Source of the DNA: Candidatus Marinacidobacterales bacterium
GTDB lineage: Bacteria; Acidobacteriota; Vicinamibacteria; Marinacidobacterales; DATDRI01
Length of the DNA: 64,000 nucleotides
Reading direction: 5' to 3'
Assembly (NCBI GenBank): GCA_965226495.1
Contig: OZ245365.1
Coordinates: 3,616,001-3,680,000, forward strand
Shown piece by piece: positions 57,438 through 64,000 of this stretch (positions are counted from its first letter, which is position 1; each line of letters opens with the position of its first letter). Position numbers and translations under genes: made by a program. The notes below the pieces were generated by a model, which did no database searches, was not told the origin of the DNA, and worked only from the letters and a program-made list of their open reading frames with translations.

Positions 57438-58835
57438 TCAAGCGTCAGTTGAACGACTTGAGCCTAATGAGGCACTTACCGGGAGTCGCCCATCGTCGTC
57501 CCCATCATTGACGATTCGACCCACCAGATCGTAGGGATGGGCCTCCGTTACCTCTACTATCACGAAATCACCCAGGCTAGCATTGCCTTCATTGATCAAT
57601 ACCCCACCGTCGATCTCCGGCGCCTGGCCTTCCGTTCTTCCCCGAAGGAGCAGGTCCGACTCCGGAGACGGCCCCTCGATCAGCACCCTCTGACGGCTCC
57701 CCACCAACTGTTTGTTCCTGCGCAGGGAGATCCTGCCCTGTTGTTTCATTAACAGGTGTCTCCGTCTCTCTTTCTCCGCTGGCGATACGGTCTCAATCTG
57801 CACGAAGGCTTCTGTATTTTCCTCATTCGAATAGGTGAAGACTCCCACATTGTCGAGCTCCGCGTCGTTGCAAAACTGCAAGAGGTCCTCGAAGTCGGCT
57901 CTCGTCTCGCCCGGGAAACCGACAATAAACGAACTGCGTATCGACACCCGCGGTACGGCGCGACGAATACGCTCGAGCAGTTTTTCATTGCTCGCTCTCG
58001 TTCCAGGGCGCTTCATCGCCTTGAGAATACGGTCACTCGCGTGTTGCAGTGGGATATCGAGGTACAAGCAAACTCGCGGCTCGGTTGCCATAACCTCGAG
58101 CACTTCGTCGGTCACCGTCGTGGGATAGGCGTACAGCACGCGCACCCATTCGAGGCCGTTCACGGCCGCGAGCCCGCGGAGCAAACTTGCTAGGCTGGCG
58201 CTTTGATCGAGCTCCGCGCCGTAGCGTGTCGTGTCCTGTGCGATGAGGACCAGCTCTTTGATCCCTTGTTTCACGAGGGACTCCGCCTCGGAGAGGATCG
58301 ACTCCGGCATCCGGCTTCGATAGTGCCCGCGTATCTTCGGAATGATGCAGAAGGTGCAGGGGTAGTCACACCCTTCCGAGATCTTCACATACGCGAAGGG
58401 GCGCGGTGTGGTGAGCACGCGGGGAGCCAGGTGATCGTAAAGATAGGCGACCGAACCGTCTGCCTGGAGTTTCGGGATCTGTCGGTCTTCGCCCTCCGAT
58501 GCGGACACAATCGAGTCCAGTTGGTCCAACCCAACCACCGCATCCACCTCGGGAATCTCCCGGGCGATCTCGGCGGCGTAGCGTTGAGCCAAACATCCCG
58601 AGACGATGAGACGTCGGCAACTCCCTTCCTGCTTGTGCCGAGCCATCTCCAGGATCGTATCGATGCTTTCCTGTTTCGCACGATCGATGAAACCGCAAGT
58701 GTTGACGACCAGCACTTCTGCCTCCGATGGTTCGGAGGTCGGCTCGTACCCCGCCCTGGTTAGATGCCCCAACATCACCTCCGTGTCCACGAGGTTCTTG
58801 GGGCAGCCTAAGCTTACGAATCCAATCTTCTTCAT
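57438..58835 (-). CDS. rimO: Ribosomal protein S12 methylthiotransferase
   Basis: SLGCPKNLVD, NTCGFI, EGCDYPCTFC.IP.IRG, TRAM domain APEIDG. Confidence 0.96.
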   Translation of the reverse strand: MKKIGFVSLGCPKNLVDTEVMLGHLTRAGYEPTSEPSEAEVLVVNTCGFIDRAKQESIDTILEMARHKQEGSCRRLIVSGCLAQRYAAEIAREIPEVDAVVGLDQLDSIVSASEGEDRQIPKLQADGSVAYLYDHLAPRVLTTPRPFAYVKISEGCDYPCTFCIIPKIRGHYRSRMPESILSEAESLVKQGIKELVLIAQDTTRYGAELDQSASLASLLRGLAAVNGLEWVRVLYAYPTTVTDEVLEVMATEPRVCLYLDIPLQHASDRILKAMKRPGTRASNEKLLERIRRAVPRVSIRSSFIVGFPGETRADFEDLLQFCNDAELDNVGVFTYSNEENTEAFVQIETVSPAEKERRRHLLMKQQGRISLRRNKQLVGSRQRVLIEGPSPESDLLLRGRTEGQAPEIDGGVLINEGNASLGDFVIVEVTEAHPYDLVGRIVNDGDDDGRLPVSASLGSSRSTDA

Positions 58836-58882
58836 GCGCAGGCGTTCAGAGTAGCGAAAAACGGAGAGGTCCGCAAACCCAC

Positions 58883-59038
58883 TAAGAAGTTGGCTTCCAT
58901 CCGTTAATTCCTCTTTCTAGGGAGCGGCGGGAAAAATGATGTGCCACCGTCCGGATGTCGAACGTCCCTGCTTGGCGTCAATTAACGGTGTTGCCACTCA
59001 TCGACCTCGTCAGACACCGGTCAGACGGCGGTGAGCGG
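58883..59038 (+). repeat. Modular repeat family 1, copy F (backbone plus two or more degenerate inner units)
   Basis: TAAGAAGTTGGCTTCCATCCGTTAATTCCTCTTTCTAGGGAG..GGCGGGAAAAATGATGTGCC..GGCGTCAATTAACGGTGTTGCCACTCATCGACCTCGTCAGACACCGG..GGTGAGCG. It shares TGGCTTCCATCCGTTA exactly with copy A. Confidence 0.75.
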
Positions 59039-59041
59039 AAG

Positions 59042-60340
59042 CTACGGCGAGAGCCGGTAAAGCATACGTGGAAAGGGAATGGTTTCCCGAAGATGCTCCA
59101 GCTTGCAAATCCAGGCTACCACTCGTTCAATACCCATTCCGAAGCCGGAGTGCGGCACGCTCCCATATCGGCGTAGGTCGAGGTACCAAGAAAACGCATC
59201 CTCCGGCAGCTTGTGTTCAGCGATCCGTTGCTGGAGGAGCTCTAGATCGTGTATGCGCTGACTCCCTCCGATGATCTCACCGTAGCCCTCCGGCGCGAGA
59301 ACGTCGACGCACAAAGCAGTTTCGGGCCGATCGGGGTCGGGCTCCATGTAGAAGGCCTTGACCGCGCTCGGATAGCGCGTAATGGCAACCGGCCGTGGGT
59401 GGGCCCGCGACAGTATCTCCTCGTCCTGAGCACCGAAGTCGGAACCCCACTCGAAGGCATTACCGTCCTTCTTGAGCAACTCGACGCCCTGGTCGTAGGT
59501 GATACGAGGAAACGGTTTCTTCACTTCTTCGAGCGGCGTGAGGTCTCGTTCGAGAATCTTCAGCTCTTCGCGCCGTTTCTCGAGCACGGACTCGACGACG
59601 AAGCAGACGAGATCTTCGGCGAGCTCGATGATATCGTCCAAGAGGGCGTATGCCACCTCGGGCTCGATCATCCAGAACTCTATGAGATGGCGCCGCGTCT
59701 TAGATTTTTCGGCTCGGAAAGTTGGGCCGAAGCAGTAAGTCTTGCCTACCGACATCGCGACCGCCTCGTTGTATAACTGGCCGCTCTGAGTGAGGTACGC
59801 CTTCTCTCCGAAGTAATCGGTCTCGAAGAGAGTGGTCGTCCCCTCACTGGCGTTGGGAGTGAAGATCGGAGTGTCTGCCAGTACGAAACCCCGATCGTCG
59901 AAGAAGTTCCGGCAGGCGGAAATGATCTGGTGTCGAATCTTCAGAACGGCATGTTGACGACGGGAACGAAGCCACAAGTGTCGGTTGTCCAGCAAGAAAG
60001 CGACGCCGTGCTCCTTGGGGCTGATCGGGTACTCTTCGGCGATTTGCACAGGCTCTAGATCGCAAAGCTCCAGCTCGTAACCGCCCGGAGCCCGATCGTC
60101 GGTGCGTACCTTTCCCCGCACGATGAGAGAGCTTTCGATCGTGAGCCCCTTGGCGCGCTCCCAAACATCTTCTGACACTTCCGCCTTGGAGATAACCCCC
60201 TGCATGAAGCCGGAGCCATCTCGAAGGATCACGAACTGGATCTTCCCGCTAGAGCGACGGTTCACGAGCCAGCCCTTGAGTGTGACCTCCTTTCCGGCGT
60301 AGTTAGAAATGTCTCCGATGTAGACCTGGGTTGAGCTCAT
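59042..60340 (-). CDS. asnS: Asparagine--tRNA ligase
   Basis: OB fold; [41 protein letters not shown]; ATG 60340 follows AAGGAG. Confidence 0.96.
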   Translation of the reverse strand: MSSTQVYIGDISNYAGKEVTLKGWLVNRRSSGKIQFVILRDGSGFMQGVISKAEVSEDVWERAKGLTIESSLIVRGKVRTDDRAPGGYELELCDLEPVQIAEEYPISPKEHGVAFLLDNRHLWLRSRRQHAVLKIRHQIISACRNFFDDRGFVLADTPIFTPNASEGTTTLFETDYFGEKAYLTQSGQLYNEAVAMSVGKTYCFGPTFRAEKSKTRRHLIEFWMIEPEVAYALLDDIIELAEDLVCFVVESVLEKRREELKILERDLTPLEEVKKPFPRITYDQGVELLKKDGNAFEWGSDFGAQDEEILSRAHPRPVAITRYPSAVKAFYMEPDPDRPETALCVDVLAPEGYGEIIGGSQRIHDLELLQQRIAEHKLPEDAFSWYLDLRRYGSVPHSGFGMGIERVVAWICKLEHLRETIPFPRMLYRLSP

Positions 60341-60351
60341 CGAGGGCTCCT

Positions 60352-61386
60352 TCATGTCATTTCCGGTAGGTGAGCAGCAAGCACTCTTCTCAGACCGTCC
60401 CACTCCGCCCGCGCAGAATGCCTTGCCAGGTTGGCCCTAACCATCTCGAGCGTATAAGGGAGGTAGCTCTCATAGAACAACTTGCCTCTCACGGCAATCT
60501 GATTGCCGAACGTACCAAGGGCCTTCAAGTTTCGCTGCAAAGCCGTCAAATCGAATTCTTCCTCGAGACTCCGGCGATCGGTCGAGGTGGCGAGCAGAAA
60601 CTGCTCTTTCATCTCCTCGACGAATTCCGGATCCAGCTCAACGTACGAATCCCGGAGCAGCGAGACCAAATCATAACTTACCGGCCCCATACGCGCGTCC
60701 TGAAAATCAATCACCACCAGCTCGCTCCCTACCAGGAGGAGGTTCCGAGAATGATAATCACGGTGACAGAGCACGCGCGGGCGGGCGGCGAGCTCGGTGG
60801 CGATGCTCCAGAACGCGCGATCCAGAGCCTCCAACTCGGTGGCGTCGAGCGAGGCCTGGCGGAAGCCCTCGAGATAGTGCTGCTGAAAAAAGGATAGCTC
60901 CCAATGAAGCTTCTCTCGATCGAAAACTATCCCGTAAGGGAGATACTCGGTGCTCTCCAGAGCCGCTCCGCGCTCCTGAATTTGTATCAGGATCGCGATC
61001 GACTGCTGATAGAGGGTCTTCCTCGCCTTCGCGTCCGCGCTTTCTATCAACGTCTGCAGGAGCCCGTCGCCACAATCCTCGAGAAGCAGTATGCCTTCCC
61101 GACCGGAGACATCGTGTATCTTTGGAACGCGCACCTGCATCTTCCGGAAGAGCCGGGCCACGTTCAAGAAAGGCTCGCGCTCGGGATCGAAGGGCTTTGG
61201 CTGCAACGCGAGCACCACTGTTTGCTGCTCGGGATCGCCAGAGAGGTTCACTCGGTAGTACCTTCGCGTCGAGGCATCCCCGGCGAGTCCCGTTACCGAG
61301 CGTACCCGAAGACCGTCTTTCTTTCGACGACTCAGGTAGCCAACGACCCTGGGATCGAGAAGTTCGTCTGCGGGGTCTATCGACAT
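60352..61386 (-). CDS. APH-family phosphotransferase, AmgK-like anomeric MurNAc/GlcNAc kinase
   Basis: [42 protein letters not shown]. Confidence 0.85.
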   Translation of the reverse strand: MSIDPADELLDPRVVGYLSRRKKDGLRVRSVTGLAGDASTRRYYRVNLSGDPEQQTVVLALQPKPFDPEREPFLNVARLFRKMQVRVPKIHDVSGREGILLLEDCGDGLLQTLIESADAKARKTLYQQSIAILIQIQERGAALESTEYLPYGIVFDREKLHWELSFFQQHYLEGFRQASLDATELEALDRAFWSIATELAARPRVLCHRDYHSRNLLLVGSELVVIDFQDARMGPVSYDLVSLLRDSYVELDPEFVEEMKEQFLLATSTDRRSLEEEFDLTALQRNLKALGTFGNQIAVRGKLFYESYLPYTLEMVRANLARHSARAEWDGLRRVLAAHLPEMT

Positions 61387-62480
61387 TAACCCTTGATTTC
61401 CGCCACCACGCAATCTCCAACGATCTCCCGGGCACGAATCCTGGCTCGACTCGACCCAAGGCGCGCCACAACCTTACCTACTGTACTAGTCGAGGCGGCC
61501 AAAGACACGTCACTCGCCACCACGGATTTGCGGATCAATGCCTCCTCCGAAACCGTAACTCGGTCCCAGAGCACGGCGCTCTGTATTCTTGCTCCGCGCT
61601 TCACCACACAGTCCGCCCCGAGGATCGTTGTACCGGAGAAATGAGCTTCCGGATCGACTCGCGTGCCACGACCGACTAATACGGTGGTCCCCGGAGGTGA
61701 GTCCGCAGGCGGCTCGATGGAGCGGGTTCGCCATTGACTCTTGAACAAACCTTTCTCCACCAACTGCTCGCAGGCATTCAAATACCTTTCGGGTGTCCCG
61801 ATGTCGAACCAAGCGGCATCGCCTACGTAACCGAACACCGAGCCTTCGGCGATGAGCTTCGGGAGCAGGTCCACTTCGAGCCGCGCGAATCGCCCGCGGT
61901 GCAAATGCTCGAAAACGGAGGGTTCGAGCACCCAAACCCCGGCGAACATGAGAGGCGCCGTAGAACTGCTCGACTTGTGACTCCCCTGGCCAATCGAAAG
62001 AACCCGACCGTCTTTCGCGATGCCCAACTCCGTGTAGTCGCTTCGTGTCGGCTTGGAACGCAGCAGCAAGGTAGCCGTCGCTTTCTTATCACGATGCCAA
62101 TCGATCAAGTGACCTAGATCGACGTCAACGATCGTATCTCCGTTGAGGACGACGAAGCTCCCGCCAGCGAGAAGCTCCTCGGCCTGTTTGAGTCCCCCGG
62201 CTGTACCGAGAAGCTCCGCCTCCCGAGAATAGTGGAGGGCGAAATCTTGGCGTCCGTCCATCGCCTCCAGCACTTCAACGATACTCTCGGGGTGATGGTG
62301 GAGGTTGACGATCACTTCGCGAATGCCCGCCCCGCGAAGGAGCCCCATGGCAAACTCGACCGGTGTGGCTCCAAGTAAATGGGTCGCCGGCTTCGCCCAA
62401 TAAACGGTCAGGGGCCTTAGACGCCGGCCCTCCCCTGCCGAGAGCACCATGGCCTTCACCGATTTCGTGGTCGGCGTCAT
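61386..62480 (-). CDS. NDP-sugar nucleotidyltransferase (MurU or mannose-1-P guanylyltransferase-like) with C-terminal hexapeptide repeats
   Basis: LSAGEGRRLRPLT...KP, LGTAGG, NGD, WFDIGTPERY. Confidence 0.85.
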   Translation of the reverse strand: MTPTTKSVKAMVLSAGEGRRLRPLTVYWAKPATHLLGATPVEFAMGLLRGAGIREVIVNLHHHPESIVEVLEAMDGRQDFALHYSREAELLGTAGGLKQAEELLAGGSFVVLNGDTIVDVDLGHLIDWHRDKKATATLLLRSKPTRSDYTELGIAKDGRVLSIGQGSHKSSSSTAPLMFAGVWVLEPSVFEHLHRGRFARLEVDLLPKLIAEGSVFGYVGDAAWFDIGTPERYLNACEQLVEKGLFKSQWRTRSIEPPADSPPGTTVLVGRGTRVDPEAHFSGTTILGADCVVKRGARIQSAVLWDRVTVSEEALIRKSVVASDVSLAASTSTVGKVVARLGSSRARIRAREIVGDCVVAEIKG

Positions 62481-62704
62481 CGCGGTCGCCGGGCCCCCGT
62501 GAAAACCATGAAACGAGGCGCCGCCGGAAACCGACGGCGAGGGCCAGCGTAGAGAGTGGGGTAATCCAGAGAGAATGTCCGAAGAGAGTTGAGCTCGAAA
62601 TACCGCGGCTCAAGAACCTCTCCCTGGGCACTTATCAGCACTACCTCACCTTGCTGCCACGACGACAGCGGGAATTTAACTTCACGCTCGACCTTGATAC
62701 CCAA
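62477..62704 (-). pseudogene. Probable truncated CYTH (class IV adenylate cyclase-like) gene remnant
   Basis: N-terminal ExExK motif (EREVK) and later EPRYFELN, but only 75 aa. Confidence 0.5.
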
Positions 62705-62784
62705 GCCGGTTTTCTCCCCACGGTCTCGGAGACCGTGTTCGGATGATCGAGGATAGTAAACGGTACCGAAAAAGGAAAATTGCG

Positions 62785-64000
62785 TTACGAAGCGAGTGGC
62801 GCGGGGACGACCGGGGTCCCTTCTTCGAGCTTCACCGACACAAGCTTGGAGATCCCCGGCTCCTCCATGGTCACGCCGTACATCTGATCGGCGTGCTCCA
62901 TCGTTCTGAGGTTGTGGGTGATGACGATGAATTGGGTTGTTTTCCTGAGCTCTGCCAGCATGGAGAGGAACCGGCCGACGTTGGCCTCGTCAAGCGGAGC
63001 GTCCACTTCGTCCAAGAGACAAAAGGGTGAGGGCTTGTAACGGAAGATGGCAAACATGATGGCGATCGCGGTCATTGCCTTCTCCCCTCCGGAGAGAAGC
63101 AACACGTTTTGAAGTTTCTTCCCCGGCGGCTGCGCGATGATATCGATGCCGCTCTCCAGTACGTCGTTCTCGTCGATGAGTCGAAGGCCGGCCCGACCGC
63201 CCCCGAAGAGCTGTTTGAATGTCGCCGCGAAGTGATGGTTGATCCTCTCGAGGGCTTCCAGGAACTTTTGCCGAGAGGTGGAATCGATCCGCTGGATCGC
63301 CTTTTCGGTAGACGCGATGGAGTCGAGAAGATCCTTGCGCTGACGGGTGAGGAACTCATCCCGTGTCTCGAGCTCAAGATACTCTTCGTCGGCCATCGGG
63401 TTCACCGGGCCGATGGAATCCAACTTCTGTTTAAGCTCGGAGAGCTCCCCAACGAGCCCCTCGTGGTCCTTGCGGAGATCCCCGGGGCTCAACAATTGAG
63501 CCGCTTCCGGGAGTGTCATCTGGTGTGATTCTTGGAAGCTCTCACGGAGGTGACTCATCTCTGACTCCTCCCTGGCCAGAGCGATTTCTTCGGTGGAGCG
63601 TTTTTCACGTGTCTCATCCAGCTCTTTTCGCCGGAGCTTCAAAGCCCCCTCCGTTGCCTCGATGCGCCCCCGAAGCCGGCCCGCCGCCTCCTCGAGGCCG
63701 GCGAAGCCCTCCCGGAGCGAGTCCCTTTGGGAGAGAGACTGGGTTAGCTCGGTTTCGGCATTGGCGAGCTCTTCCTTAACCTCGGATAAACGCTCGCCAA
63801 GCCCGAGCTGTTCTTTTCGCCCCGCTTCGGTACGCGTTCCGAGCTCACTAACACCTTCTTGTAAACGTTCAACGTCCACCCTGACTGCCTGCACGCGCTC
63901 TCGCAGCGCGGCGACGGTAGTGGCCTCTTCCGCAGCCTTGCTTTGAAGGCCGTCGACCTCGGTCCGACGCTCGACCAAACTGGACCGGGCTTCCTCCAAT
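62785..64000 (-). CDS. smc: Chromosome segregation protein SMC (5'-partial)
   Basis: Coiled coil, GPVN..A, PPGKK, signature LSGGE, Walker B LDEVDAPLD, FIVITH. Confidence 0.96.
   Translation of the reverse strand, partial: LEEARSSLVERRTEVDGLQSKAAEEATTVAALRERVQAVRVDVERLQEGVSELGTRTEAGRKEQLGLGERLSEVKEELANAETELTQSLSQRDSLREGFAGLEEAAGRLRGRIEATEGALKLRRKELDETREKRSTEEIALAREESEMSHLRESFQESHQMTLPEAAQLLSPGDLRKDHEGLVGELSELKQKLDSIGPVNPMADEEYLELETRDEFLTRQRKDLLDSIASTEKAIQRIDSTSRQKFLEALERINHHFAATFKQLFGGGRAGLRLIDENDVLESGIDIIAQPPGKKLQNVLLLSGGEKAMTAIAIMFAIFRYKPSPFCLLDEVDAPLDEANVGRFLSMLAELRKTTQFIVITHNLRTMEHADQMYGVTMEEPGISKLVSVKLEEGTPVVPAPLAS

Noticed and set aside
58883-59038. CRISPR-like mini-array interpretation of the stacked repeat units
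   Set aside because: The units are degenerate, have no unique spacers between identical repeats, and no cas genes are nearby.
1-64000. tRNA/rRNA genes, transposases, integrases, prophage or defence genes
   Set aside because: No such motifs were seen by eye; GGTTCGA-like words fall inside coding regions.

Overview
GC-rich bacterial chromosome segment made mostly of minus-strand core genes. The gene content suggests Acidobacteriota, possibly Vicinamibacteria-like (inference). It contains: (i) a 13-kb uncharacterised signalling and polarity-type cluster (PEGA, TPR-NHL, Ser/Thr kinase-PEGA, PP2C, DnaJ-TPR, two paralogous helical-repeat proteins, RodZ-like, SgmX-like large TPR); (ii) ffh-rpsP-khpA-rimM-trmD-rplS; (iii) ftsY-ribD-ribE-ribBA; (iv) an FHA-GAF adenylyl cyclase / HD-GYP / PilW-like trio; (v) rqcH-pgpA-cinA-thpR-plsY; (vi) nrdR and ntrY/ntrX; (vii) an ECF sigma/anti-sigma/DUF4097 operon; (viii) purC, a Fis-like gene, an orphan groES and a PilZ gene; (ix) rimP-nusA-infB-rbfA-truB-rpsO-pnp; and (x) rimO, asnS, an amgK/murU-like pair and the 3' part of smc. 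I found no rRNA, tRNA, CRISPR array or transposase. The most novel signal is non-coding. A dispersed modular repeat family (about 7 copies) has a REP-like backbone carrying 0, 1 or 2+ copies of an inner ~45-bp GGCGTC...GACGCC unit, and that unit also occurs alone. A second two-copy hairpin repeat shows covariation. Two genes (kinase-PEGA and plsY) carry single-base frameshifts at homopolymers, probably assembly errors. All alignments were done by eye.
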